DNA of 63,874 nucleotides, counting the filler, from Octopus bimaculoides (Eukaryota), in the NCBI RefSeq assembly GCF_001194135.2. It is 10 parts of 10 records of this genome, joined end to end, with 100 filler letters (N's around TTAATTAATTAA, not from the genome) between each part and the next. Parts side by side here need not be neighbours in the genome. Positions count along the whole stretch, not along the records: positions 51,184 to 52,855 come from NW_026328470.1; positions 52,956 to 55,021 come from NW_026303891.1; positions 55,122 to 59,184 come from NC_069005.1; positions 59,285 to 62,392 come from NC_069009.1; positions 62,493 to 63,874 come from NW_026393857.1; 5 more parts are not named here. One strand, written 5' to 3'. The translations under genes were made by a program, and so were the position numbers. Below, one piece after another: positions 51,234-63,874 of the stretch; the first letter of the stretch is position 1; each line of letters begins with the position of its first letter. Below the pieces are notes generated by a model. That model saw nothing but the letters and a program-made list of their open reading frames with translations. It made no database searches and was not told the DNA's origin.

Positions 51234-52855
51234 CCTTTTAACTCACATGCTAAACAGACCTGGATGCGGATGCAAATGTTACGGCAAAACAATCAGCCAC
51301 CTTTTATATATGGATGACCTAAAACAATACGCTACAAATGATAAACAGCTGGAAACACTACTACAGACAGTACATGGATTTACCAAAGAAATAGATATGA
51401 AATTTGGATTAGAAAAATGTGCCAAAGCAACCTTGAAAAGAGGAAAACTAGTTAAGAGTAGCAACATCACACTAGATAAAGCCAATGAAATGGGATAATT
51501 AGACCAACGCCAGACATAAATATTTAGGAATCAATGAACTAGATATGATGCAACACACACAAATGAAAGAGGAAATAAAGAAAGAATACCATAGACGAGT
51601 TAGATCAATACTGAAAACAGAGATCAATGATAAAAACAAGATAATATGTATTAACACTTTAGCCGTCCAAGTTATAAGTTACAGCTACAATATCTTAAAT
51701 GGACCCTAAATGAACTTACGAAAATAGACAGGAAAACAAGAAAAATAATGACAGGATCTAGGATCCACCACCGAAAATCTGACATAGAAAGGTTATATAT
51801 ACAACGTATAGAAGGTGGTAGAGGCCTTATAGAGCTGGAAAACTCTTATGAAATAATCACTATAGGACTGCAAAAATGCCTACTTCAGAAGCAAGGAAAA
51901 CTAATACAAATAGCCACAAAACACGAGCAAAACAAAAAACTGTTTTCAGTATTTAAGAAATCTGACAAAAAAAGTCATACTACCAAACAAATATGAAGAA
52001 GAAGAAGAAACAACAAAAGCTATAAAACAAATGAAATCCAAACTAAAATTAGAACAGCAACGGACCATGATTAAACGATGGCAAGAAAAGCCCCCTCATG
52101 GCAAATACTGGGCTAAACTAAACGCAAAAGAAATAAGAGAAAAATCCCAGCAATAGTTGAGAAGCTCAGGACTCAAAGCAGAGACTACAGGATTTTTAAC
52201 TGCAGCACAAGACCAAAGCCTCTCCACCAGAAATTACCCAAAACATATAATGAAAAGAAATATAACAAGTAACTGCAAAATATGTGGCGATGGACAAGAA
52301 ACAATAAATCATATTATCTCTGGCTGCCCAGTGCTGGGTAAGAAGGAATGTATTCACAGACACAACAGAGTTCGGATCTACATACACTGGAAGCTATGCC
52401 AACACTATGGAATAACAACAGAAAAAAGATGGTATAGGCACACGCCAGAAAAGGTCACAGAAAATGAGAACGCAACCATACTCTGGGATATGCCAATACA
52501 CAGATAGAGAAATTAAGGCCAATAGGTCAGATATAGTTGTCAGAGATCACGAAGAAAAAAATGCTTTCTTATTGATGTATCAATACCAGCAAATGACAAC
52601 GTTTCTCTAAAAGAAATGGAGAAACTTTCAAAATACAAAGACATGGAAATAGAGATAACTCGAATGTGGAATCTAAAAACAGAAACAATTTCTATCATAG
52701 TAGGTGCCTTAGGTATAATAAAAAAATATTCAGACAAATACATAACAAAAATAGCAGGACTTACAAATATATATAACATACAGAAAATCGCACTACTGAG
52801 CACTTCACAAATCCTACGCAAAACACTTTCAATACAGTAACCATAAGAGCACCAC
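51234..52855 (+). mobile_element. Dong/R4-clade non-LTR retrotransposon, 5'-truncated (RT C-term, CCHC, restriction-like endonuclease)
   Basis: SHLLYMDDLKQYA...DMKFGLEKCAK; LKAETTGFLTAAQDQSL; CKICGDGQETINHIISGC; IKANRSDIVV...FLIDVSIP...KEMEKLSKYKD; IIVGALG. Several stops and frameshifts. Confidence 0.9.
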
Positions 52856-52955
52856 NNNNNNNNNNNNNNNNNNNNNNNNNNNNNNNNNNNNNNNNNNNNT
52901 TAATTAATTAANNNNNNNNNNNNNNNNNNNNNNNNNNNNNNNNNNNNNNNNNNNN

Positions 52956-53112
52956 ATCACTAGCATCATTGTCGTCGTCGTCGTCGTCGGTCGCTCTCAT
53001 CATCAGCATCGTCGACATCATCGTCACCGTTATCACAACCCCCCCCCTTATCATCATATTATCATCATCATCCTGGTCTCCTCCTCCTCCTCTTTCTTCT
53101 TTCTTCCTCCTG

Positions 53113-53154
<42 letters not shown>

Positions 53155-53400
53155 CCATCACCATCACCATCATCGTCATCGTCATCATCATCATAATAAC
53201 CATCACCACCTCTGCACCCATCATCATAATCATCATTTGATTATCATACCCATCAACGTTTCCATATCACAATCAACATAGATGTCGCTGTCATCGTCGT
53301 GGTCGTCGTCATCATCTTCAGCTGCTGCTACTGCTGCTGCTACTGCTGCTGCTGCATTACAAAGGTCACAACACCTTTGTCATCATCATCATCACCATCA
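52956..53400. repeat. Degenerate (CAT)n/(CGT)n/(GCT)n low-complexity tract
   Basis: Directly visible; source of the poly-S/poly-M ORFs. Confidence 0.9.
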
Positions 53401-53899
53401 TCCCAAACCAACAAGGGAGTATCTGATTTCTCAAAAGTTCTATCCAATCATCTTAACGAAAAAAAAAAAAATGAAAAGAAAAAAATGGGGGAATGACAGG
53501 GCACATGGATAATGTAATCCTTCGATAGATTAAAACATGAGGTCGCTATGGGCTAAAAAACTCCATAAGATCATCGTCTTCAAGGAAGGGCTGTGGGACC
53601 AGACGTAACTGGTTGATAAAGAATTTCGTTTCGTAACAACGTGGTTTTCGCTTCGATCTCATTGCGGTGGAATAAAAACGAATTCTTAAATTCATGTAAT
53701 TTTAACCACTCGGAAGGCTCCGATTGCCGGCATATTGCGTGTGTGCTAATATCCATTGCCATGGAGATCAGTAAAATAGATACACACAAAGAAGACGAAG
53801 CGTTTACGTGGTCTCTAGACTTGCTAGAAATAGGAGCTGCATTTTCCTTTTTTTAAAGAAGTTTCCTGAATCATACACTCATAAGATTCGGTTTCACTG

Positions 53900-54100
53900 T
53901 TTCTGTGGCTGACATATTTCCCCACCTCTGGACTGGACACCGGTCTGTCCCCAGAATTCTAATTTTGCCAGTTGGGTGAACCGTGGTAACCTGAAATAAA
54001 ATGTTTTGCTCAAGAACACACGCATCACCCGCTCAAGGAATCGAAACTACAGTCTTGCGATAATGAGTCCGACACCATAACCATAAAGCCACTACATCTT
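53900..54100 (-). mobile_element. Degenerate SINE (family of 2640-2966)
   Basis: TTTTGCTCAAGAACAC...GGAATCGAAAC...ACCATAAAGCCAC. Confidence 0.65.
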
Positions 54101-54979
54101 CCTTAAACTACATCATAACGTTGAGATTCCATCAGAACTACATTGTTTTGAAAAGAATCTGGTAAAAAATTGAAAGAAATGGTTGGAAGAAATTTAACAA
54201 GATCTACGAATTCAAAAGAGTGAATTTGATTTGCAGGATGATGAGCAGTGTTATCCAAATGCAAAGTAAAAATCTTATCTATCATTGACAAAGCGAAACG
54301 AGGTCGAAACCACGTGATGTGGATATCCTGGCAGCGGAATTAGCAGTGATTGTCTACCGCCGACGATAGCTGTGATGTGCTTTTATGCACCAAATAAATC
54401 ACAAGAGAGTTTTTCTCTCGGTAAATATCGGAGTATTTGTGTGTTCTTACGCAACATCCACTTTCATGTGGTGAATATTTTATTTTAAGCGTTAATATTC
54501 TAAACTGTGGGAACGAGTTTAAATATTTAGCATCTTATGTGATCAGCTCAGAAAGAACAATATCATGGTCAAGTTGCAATGAATTGGCCAATATTTATAG
54601 GTACACATGATATAAGCTGATCTTTAAAACGAAATTCAATATCTTTTGTGATTTCGTTGATCCAGTTTTCTTGTTTGACATCAAATAAGGCTTTGGTCAT
54701 ATCTACGAAAGATATAACGTGCGTGGAAAATACATCCAGGATGAAAACAAATGTATGCGACTTTACCTCTTCCTATGCAGCTGCTTTGGGAAGCTGGCAT
54801 CATCCTTGCAGTATCTATCTAGATGTCATTGGCAGAGATTCGGAATATGAAATGCGAGATCTTGATGTGACAATGCTGGATCGTGCAATCCGAAGGACGA
54901 GACTTGAAGTCTGTTTTGACCGAACTCGCTAAATCACGATTAAGACCACGCATACATGTGAGCACGTTGACGTATGTAT

Positions 54980-55021
<42 letters not shown>

Positions 55022-55494
55022 NNNNNNNNNNNNNNNNNNNNNNNNNNNNNNNNNNNNNNNNNNNNTTAATTAATTAANNNNNNNNNNNNNNNNNNNNNNN
55101 NNNNNNNNNNNNNNNNNNNNNATATGAGGTACTTAAACCAAAATTTGATCACAATAACATCATTAAAACCTTTAAGCTATGAGATAGTACATGTTTAATT
55201 CAAAACAATTTGAATAAATAAGCATTACATTTGACAGAATAATCTGAATGCTAAAGGGTTAGCCTTGAAAGCCTCCTCATCAATGTCCATACTCCTAATG
55301 TGACCATCATGTCCTAATTTCAGATTTTGCTATTTATTATTCCTTGCATAATCCAAAGCTTACGACGCTTGCTGCTACTTTGCATGTATGCATGCGAACT
55401 ATCACTTTGTGTGCATCGCGGTTGTAATCTCTTTATTACTGTTACGTGTGTGTGCTGGCCTTGTGCTAATTTTTGAAACTATTATATTACATTT

Positions 55495-55870
55495 TTTTTT
55501 TTGATCTTTTATTTGTTTCAGACAGTTAACTTTGGCCATGCTGGGACACCACTTTGAAGGGTTTTTGTTGAACAAACCAACCCCCAGGACTTACCCATTT
55601 AAGCCTAGCACTTAGTCTATATTGGCCTCATTTTGCTGAACTGCTAAGTTACAGGGACATAAACACACCAACACCGGTTGTCAAGCAGTGGTGAGGGACA
55701 AGGGACAAACACATATACACACACACACAAACACACACGATGGGCTTCTTTCAGTTTCTGTCTATGAAATCCACTCACAAGGCTTTAGTTGGCCCAAGGC
55801 TTGCACAACATGCCACACAGTGAGACCGAACCTGGAACCATCTGGTTGGGAAGCAAGCCACGCCTGTGCC
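55495..55870 (-). mobile_element. Old SINE (family of 6407-6803)
   Basis: CTTCTTTCAGTTTCTGTCTATGAAATCCACTCACAAGGCTTT...; many CpG-to-TpG changes. Confidence 0.8.
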
Positions 55871-56139
55871 TATAATATGTACACACCACTGTCTTCATCA
55901 TTTTATGACCATTTCCAATGCTTGCATGCATTTTGAAGGATTTTCACCCATACAGCTTCTTACTAATTCTTCTAATCCTTTCTCTTCTTTCCGAGTTTCA
56001 GCAGCCCCCGGTTTACCCCGACTATACCCCCACCCCACCCAAGTCTTCCTCAATCTTCTTCTTCTGCAAATTGNNNNNNNNNNTTACCCCGACTATACCC
56101 CCACCCCACCCAAGTCTTCCTCAATCTTCTTCTTCTGCA

Positions 56140-56420
56140 AATTGCTTCCATTTAAATCGCTCAGGGGCACTTTGTCCTATCTGTTATCCTGCACGTGACT
56201 CGCATGTCCACACCAACACAGTCTCCTCTTCTGCATTTCACATCTGGTTTCTCATTTCTCACACCTAGTTTTTCTCTAAATTCATTTGTGCTTCATTGTT
56301 GATGACACCTGCAACAAGACCTTACTAACCCTCATTTGCATTTTTCCACCCTTCGTATACACCCATTGCTTACACCCTTCATATGCACCCAATATCTCAC
56401 TTCTATGTAAAACCATGTTG
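56140..56420 (-). mobile_element. RTE LINE C-terminal fragment
   Basis: Minus strand MVLHRSEILG...MQMRV...(E)LREKLGV...MQKRRLCWCGH. Confidence 0.6.
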
Positions 56421-56423
56421 CGT

Positions 56424-56615
56424 GTGTTGGCACTCCGTCGCTTACGACGTCGAGGGTTCCAGTTGATCCGATCAACGGAACAGCCTGCTCGTGAAATTAA
56501 CGTGCAAGTGGCTGAGCACTCCACAGACACGTGTACCCTCAACATAGTTCTTGGGGATATTCAGCGTGACACAGTGTGACAAGGCTGACCCTTTGAATTA
56601 CAGGCACAACAGAAA
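56424..56615 (-). mobile_element. SINE 3' part (family of 26300-26680)
   Basis: Near-exact reverse complement of 26495-26680. Confidence 0.9.
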
Positions 56616-58535
56616 CATGAACAAACACACACGCATATATACATACATACATACATACACACATACATGCTCAAACACACATATATATACATACATACAC
56701 GCACATACATACTCAGACACACACACATACATATATACACACACACACAAACATATACATACATACATACACAGATACATACATACATACATCCATACTC
56801 AGACACACACAACACACACGTATACATATATATATATATATACACATGCACACATATACATAAATACATACACACCCACACACACACTATATTTTTCGTA
56901 TGTTGTTTCACTGTTGTTATGTTTCCCGTTCCAACAGAGCTGATTGGCTATTGAAATTCCTGTACAGATCGTCCTCTATGCAGTTCCAAATCGCCGGCTT
57001 GATGCCTGTCAAACTGACGCACCATTGTATGCACAATATTGATTTAAGTGATGTGGTGAGTTTCATTCATTGTTTGCAATACCATGTATATATTGTTGTT
57101 GTTGTTGATGAACCCTTTAGTGTTTTAAACTGGCTGTATCAGGCCCAGATATTCTATTTGTTTTACGTTCAAGCTGGCTAGATCCAGCCTCTCATACTTA
57201 CCCTACAATGTCATTCTAAAAGTAAGCAATCGCATTACTGGTGTTAGACTATATTGGCCCAAATTGGTGGTCTTTCCCCTGGATAAACATTAGTAGTGTG
57301 GAGAGGGGCTATCCGCATGCATAGCCAACTTAAAGTAAGAAAAAACAGGAAAAATAATCCAGAATCCTTGTCCAGTACCGGATTGATCCCACAATCTAAT
57401 CAGTTTGTCTCCCACTACTGCTTGACAGCCAGTGTTGGTTTGTTTATGTCCCTGTAGTTTAGTGGTGCAGTTAAAAGAGACTGATAGAATAAGTATTGAA
57501 CTTAATAATTACTTAGGTTGCTTTGTGTGACTATGCCCTTCAAGATGGTTTGCCCAATATGGCTGCAATCCAATGACTGAAAGATGATAAAAGATATATA
57601 GACACTCATTTGAAAATACACACACACGCACACACACACATACACACACACACACACATACACACACACACACTTGTTATGCAATTTATAAATAAATTTC
57701 TGATCAAAAGTTAATTTCTCCCTTCTGTGTTTTTTTTTTCTTTTTTCTCTTTTGAAAAGGTCAAAGGTCATTTGGATTACATGAAGAAATTAGATAATGN
57801 NNNNNNNNNNNNNNNNNNNNNNNNNNNNNNNNNNNNNNNNNNNNNNNNNNNNNNNNNNNNNNNNNNNNNNNNNNNNNNNNNNNNNNNNNNNNNNNNNNNN
57901 NNNNNNNNNNNNNNNNNNNNNNNNNNNNNNNNNNNNNNNNNNNNNNNNNNNNNNNNNNNNNNNNNNNNNNNNNNNNNNNNNNNNNNNNNNNNNNNNNNNN
58001 NNNNNNNNNNNNNNNNNNNNNNNNNNNNNNNNNNNNNNNNNNNNNNNNNNNNNNNNNNNNNNNNNNNNNNNNNNNNNNNNNNNNNNNNNNNNNNNNNNNN
58101 NNNNNNNNNNNNNNNNNNNNNNNNNNNNNNNNNNNNNNNNNNNNNNNNNNNNNNNNNNNNNNNNNNNNNNNNNNNNNNNNNNNNNNNNNNNNNNNNNNNN
58201 NNNNNNNNNNNNNNNNNNNNNNNNNNNNNNNNNNNNNNNNNNNNNNNNNNNNNNNNNNNNNNNNNNNNNNNNNNNNNNNNNNNNNNNNNNNNNNNNNNNN
58301 NNNNNNNNNNNNNNNNNNNNNNNNNNNNNNNNNNNNNNNNNNNNNNNNNNNNNNNNNNNNNNNNNNNNNNNNNNNNNNNNNNNNNNNNNNNNNNNNNNNN
58401 NNNNNNNNNNNNNNNNNNNNNNNNNNNNNNNNNNNNNNNNNNNNNNNNNNNNNNNNNNNNNNNNNNNNNNNNNNNNNNNNNNNNNNNNNNNNNNNCACAC
58501 TGCAACTCCCGTGATAACTACTACTAACATGGCAG

Positions 58536-58587
<52 letters not shown>

Positions 58588-59284
58588 ACTTTACAAGAGA
58601 AATTGCTTTAATTTGGAAAAGACTAATAGTTAATGATTAATTAAATGAAGATTTACTAATATGTGGGTGGTGTGTGTGCGTGTGTGTGTGTATGTTTATA
58701 TATAACATTCCCAACTGGATTGCTTGNNNNNNNNNNATACACAGACATTTTTAAAGAACTATCCCAAATTTTAACTTCACTCTTCATTGTATCTTTTAGT
58801 TCGTTTCCATCACCACTTCAGACTTTCTCCAATATTTTTTACCTATACACGCATGTTTTAACATTTTTATGTCTGCATCTTTAAAATCTACTACTTTACA
58901 CACATATATTTTTAATATATTTATTAACTTACAGATTTTTTAAAGGAATGTCTATGCATTATATTTTCAACCTATCATGTACAATTGCCCTTTAAATCTA
59001 TCTCTAACCAGAATCATGTTTGTGGATTGAATTACCAGGTCTTTTGTTTCTTCACATTACAAGTTTATATCTTTTGTCTCAAGTTACTCTTGAGCACTTC
59101 TAAGTTCAAACCTCTGTATTGTGAGAGAACTTCGAATCAATCTTCTTTCTCAAAACAATTGTATATATATATATATATATATATNNNNNNNNNNNNNNNN
59201 NNNNNNNNNNNNNNNNNNNNNNNNNNNNTTAATTAATTAANNNNNNNNNNNNNNNNNNNNNNNNNNNNNNNNNNNNNNNNNNNN

Positions 59285-59332
<48 letters not shown>

Positions 59333-59691
59333 TGCACACACACACACTCACAGGCATACACATACATGAGCCAATGCAAGTCAATTTTAGTCCAACTAAG
59401 CCAGATCTTTAATCTCTGACAATGCACAACGGTAATACGTTGTCGGAGCTATGATTTTATATCTCTGTGTTAAACACAGGGCCTCATATTTACCATACAG
59501 AAAATTATAAGGTATTTGTGTTACCTTATTATATGCCACTTTATATTTCATATTTTCTTTATATATTATATACAAGCCACAGGTGTTACTGAGAGCCAGA
59601 AGTTTGATTGCCAACCGCATGGTTCCGGGTTCAGTCCCAACTGTGTGATACATTGTGGATTTGGTAGGCGGAAACTGAAACAGGACCGCTG

Positions 59692-59737
<46 letters not shown>

Positions 59738-60152
59738 NNNNNNNNNNNNNNNNNNNNNNNNNNNNNNNNNNNNNNNNNNNNNNNNNNNNNNNNNNNNNNN
59801 NNNNNNNNNNNNNNNNNNNNNNNNNNNNNNNNNNNNNNNNNNNNNNNNNNNNNNNNNNNNNNNNNNNNNNNNNNNNNNNNNNNNNNNNNNNNNNNNNNNN
59901 NNNNNNNNNNNNNNNNNNNNNNNNNNNNNNNNNNNNNNNNNNNNNNNNNNNNNNNNNNNNNNNNNNNNNNNNNNNNNNNNNNNNNNNNNNNNNNNNNNNN
60001 NNNNNNNNNNNNNNNNNNNNNNNNNNNNNNNNNNNNNNNNNNNNNNNNNNNNNNNNNNNNNNNNNNNNNNNNNNNNNNNNNNNNNNNNNNNNNNNNNNNN
60101 NNNNNNNNNNNNNNNNNNNNNNNNATATATATATATATATATATATTCATGC

Positions 60153-60192
<40 letters not shown>

Positions 60193-60827
60193 TTGTGTGT
60201 GTATGTACGTATGTATGTATATGTATGTGTGAGTTTGTGTTTGTCCCACCACCATTTGCCAGCCGGTGTTGGTTAGAAAGCTATTAGGTGATGCACCAGC
60301 GCTCAGCTCTGAGTGCACTGCATCTTATGGGAGAAACAGCTGTAAGTTGATTACGTAATTACTGTTCCTGTGTTATTTTTTAATTTGATATACATACATA
60401 CATGAATATATATATATCTCTATATCTATACCTATATGTATGTATAATGGCAGTGCCCCAGTACGGCCACAGCTCAGGAGCTAAAATTAGGCCAAATGAA
60501 ATCATATATATATTCATATATTTATTTAAGTATGATGCATGTACGCAAGTATATATACCACACACACACACAGACACACACTCACATACACATAGATAGA
60601 TGTCTGAACTTGCACATATACATATTTACATATTTATATGTCTCCTACACTCTGATACTTAATCAGATTATGCAAAAGACAAAGAAAATAACGCGTGTGT
60701 GTTTGTATGCATCATCACAATCATCATCACCATCATCATTTTCTGTATTGTATATAACACATTCATTTATGTATATATATACACACATACATACATACAT
60801 ACATACATACATACATACGCATGCATT

Positions 60828-61069
60828 CGAGGAGGTGCTAAAAATTCCTGGCTTTAAGGGTATCACGAAAGGCCTGGTTGGAGCCCCAACCTTCCGAGTT
60901 CTTTTACTTTGAAAAACACTGAAGGACTGTTGCAATAAGTGTGTGAATCTGAGACGGGAATATGTTGAATATGATCATAATTAACCCTAACCCTGACCCT
61001 AATCATAATTGATTGATCCTTCTCTATTTCCTTTAAACCAAAACCAGAAACTTTTTCAGCAACCCCTCG
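60828..61069 (+). mobile_element. Mariner-derived MITE
   Basis: TIRs CGAGGAGGTGCTAAAAATTCCTGGCTTT / AAACCAGAAACTTTTTCAGCAACCCCTCG-TA; interior keeps the transposase C-terminus (NKCVNLRREYVE). Confidence 0.8.
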
Positions 61070-61077
61070 TACATACA

Positions 61078-61109
<32 letters not shown>

Positions 61110-61133
61110 GACATGCATACATACATACATACA

Positions 61134-61166
<33 letters not shown>

Positions 61167-61371
61167 GTGTGTGTGGGTGTACAAATATTTCACGCGCGCG
61201 AATTACACTGAATGAGTTCCCAACTAAAATGCTGTTCATGACGTCAATCAAATGACGTGACGAGCGGGTTTCAGGGGGGGGGGGTTCACCTGACCTGGAA
61301 GAACTTCGGTTACCAAAGAAGGTGGGGAGACTAAGTGAACATGTACTCAACAATATATACATACCTACATA

Positions 61372-61416
<45 letters not shown>

Positions 61417-62348
61417 GCACACACGCACACACACATGTAAATGGGTCTTTGTCGATTTTCCACAGCGAGTTTTCTAGTCATTCGATCACCTCAAATAGCT
61501 TCTCACTAAATTAGAGTAAAAGTAGTTGAGTATCCCACGATCATGTTCACCCTTCACGTAACCCGTAGTGGTCATGTTATGTCAAAGCTGAACATCTGAA
61601 ATGCAGGTTCAATAGCTAGGAGAAACTTTAGGGTATTTGAAGGACTTCAGAGAAGAAGTCCTCCTCATGCGAGAGTTTCAGCCCTTAACTCTTTACCCCT
61701 TAGGGCTCCAGGCCGCCGCATGCGGTCATGACTCCTAGATACTCTTCTGTTACTACAGTCTGTGATATTGCTTGCTGTACATTGTTCCTAAATAATTAAA
61801 GTGCCCCAAAATCCATTTCACTCTCTCTATCTCTTTTTCTCGTCTCTCTGTATATATATTTTTCGTGGTAGGAGGTTTGACGTCTATTTTTAGCATATAA
61901 GGGATCCACTTAGTGGCCTCTCTTATTTATATTTAAATATAATTCACAGTACTCGGACGTTGTTTTTTTTACGTATGCTGACCACTGATTCAAATGGGTA
62001 TAATTAAATTATATTAATTTCTACCCTTATTATTTAATTTTAAATATCCATGTTCTGTAACCAGTTGATTCAATGCAGAATTTTATTCACTTGAGTTATT
62101 TTCTGGCTTGGCGCGCTAGTATGACGACATTTGAATGGAAGTTTCGATACATAATAGTGGAACTCTATACACGCGTATCTTCTCACGGAGACGGGTGATA
62201 TCCAGTTCCGCTGTTGCATGTCAGCATCGATTTCGCCGAGGAACCACAGACAATAATTAAATTGTTTATGGCAAAACCTTATGGTATGGAATTAAGTGCT
62301 ATGTTTATTTCATTTTATTTGTTTAACCCGATAAAGAGAGGTGGGTAG

Positions 62349-62392
<44 letters not shown>

Positions 62393-63157
62393 NNNNNNNN
62401 NNNNNNNNNNNNNNNNNNNNNNNNNNNNNNNNNNNNTTAATTAATTAANNNNNNNNNNNNNNNNNNNNNNNNNNNNNNNNNNNNNNNNNNNNTATATATA
62501 TATATGTGTGTGTGTATGTATATATATATGTGTGTGTATATAAATATATATATATATGTGTTTGTGTGTGTGTATGTATGTGTGTGTGTGTGTGTTCTTG
62601 ATATTCTTGCAGAGCAAGTTGTTTTACATCTATTACGCTATTTTTCTTTTGTTTCTTGGCTCTGGTGAGGCGTCTAGGAACATTCACAATGTGATTGTTC
62701 CGAGCCCTATCCCCACGCACCCCGTTCGCGAGCACGCATTTTTTCTTCATATTCATTCCCAGCAAGTTGTTTTACACCTATTCAGACTAATTTTTAAAAT
62801 TTTGTTACTGGATCAAACGCTTTAGTTTGACCCAGAAATGTTTTGAAATTTTTGTCCGAATCATGATGTCCTTATTTTTCCGCGTATTTTGAAAAAAAAA
62901 AAAAAATTCTGAAAAAAGTTTAAAATGAAGGAAATGGGTGTGGGGTGGTAATTTAGAAATGTTGATTTTTGCCAATTTTTTTGCAGATTCGTATTCCCTG
63001 TAGCCAATAAGGGGAGTTTGTGTAAAAAAAAAAAAAATTTTTTTTAAAGGGTGGTTTTTGGGGAGGGACGCGTGGAATTCTTTAAACTTAAAAACTATAA
63101 GAGAAGCCTTTTCGGTGAAAAAAAAAGCAATATTTTCAGATGAAAAGGTGTGTGACT

Positions 63158-63378
63158 AAAGGGAGATTTGGCTATTGTTTCTAGCATATCCCATGACCAC
63201 CTTTCTCGTTTCTTTCTCACTCTGACAAGTATCTACGTTTTTCAATATTTTCTCCTCATTAATAGCATATACTCATGCTATTAAAAAGAATTTTTTTGGA
63301 AAATTTATGATTTTTATCATCCCTAAACCTTACCAATCATGGAATATGCTAAAAACAACAGCCAAATCTCCCTTAAAT
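63158..63378. repeat. Short inverted-repeat (MITE-like) element
   Basis: TAAAGGGAGATTTGGCTATTGTTTCTAGCATATCCCATGA and TCATGGAATATGCTAAAAACAACAGCCAAATCTCCCTTAAA are ~40 bp inverted repeats; the same motif occurs at ~19770 and ~20170. Confidence 0.6.
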
Positions 63379-63874
63379 ACCTTTTTGTCTGAAAATATTT
63401 ACTTTTGTTTTTACTGAAAAGGCTTCTCCTATAGTTTTTAAGTGCATAGAGCCCCCCAAAATTATTGTGCATAGGGCCCACAAAATTGGTCTGGAGACAG
63501 GGAGGTAAAAGAAACCATTTTTCAGATGCTCCAGATCATTTCCAGGGGCACTGTGAAAAAAATCTGAAAAACCCCTGTCAAAACAAATAAATTCCAATTT
63601 ATGTGGGCGACCTACCCCAGACGTCTGCCCAAAGTTGACTTGAATGAATTTTCTGAAACTCCTCTCCCCATTCACAGGAATTTTTCAATGCAAATTCTGC
63701 TGTAATCGGAATCTACACCATATGAATCATATTTGTAGAAAATTTAATTAAAAAATATTCATTTCTGTAAGTTATGAAGAAACAAATTTGGGGGTGTGGC
63801 TCATTCACTAACTGTTACACCTACTCAAAAGTGGAGATAAATTCTGGCCATAGAATTGCTTCCTGCCACTTCCA

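Noticed and set aside
56017-56142. 57 bp direct repeat either side of a 10-N gap (similar case at ~38660-38810)
   Set aside because: Typical unmerged contig overlap around a minimal gap.
381-60318. Dozens of long ORFs in the track (poly-X, YIYI, HTHT, VCVC, poly-M/S/T)
   Set aside because: They arise from N-runs and di-, tri- or tetranucleotide microsatellites lacking stops; no coding evidence.
1-63874. CRISPR arrays, rRNA genes, prokaryotic operons or viral genes
   Set aside because: None seen; the sequence is eukaryotic repeat-rich DNA.

Overview
AT-rich, microsatellite-dense animal genomic DNA from a gapped draft assembly. The SINE, MITE and LINE repertoire suggests an octopus or other cephalopod (inference). 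The only host gene I can support is a partial TUSC2/FUS1 on the minus strand: two coding exons at 26844-26961 and 25378-25452, with the first coding exon not found. The rest is a mosaic of tRNA-derived SINEs, RTE, L1/Tx1, Dong/R4 and Jockey-group LINE remnants, three Penelope-like (GIY-YIG) remnants, mariner and DD37D/maT relics, an Academ-type transposon with long TIRs, and MITEs. The most notable signal is three unrelated families of minimal type-I hammerhead ribozyme elements, each in a head-to-head inverted arrangement and each with its own palindromic helix III. They are a ~460 bp fold-back (13671-14133), a Penelope element with inverted pLTRs (17740-18835), and a ~340 nt retrozyme-like monomer array (34259-36852). 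An ORF1-only (HAL1-like) LINE derivative has inserted into the last of these right next to the ribozyme. Nine 100 bp N44-TTAATTAATTAA-N44 joins are artificial, so contiguity across them is not guaranteed. Almost all long ORFs in the track are artefacts of N-runs and microsatellites.
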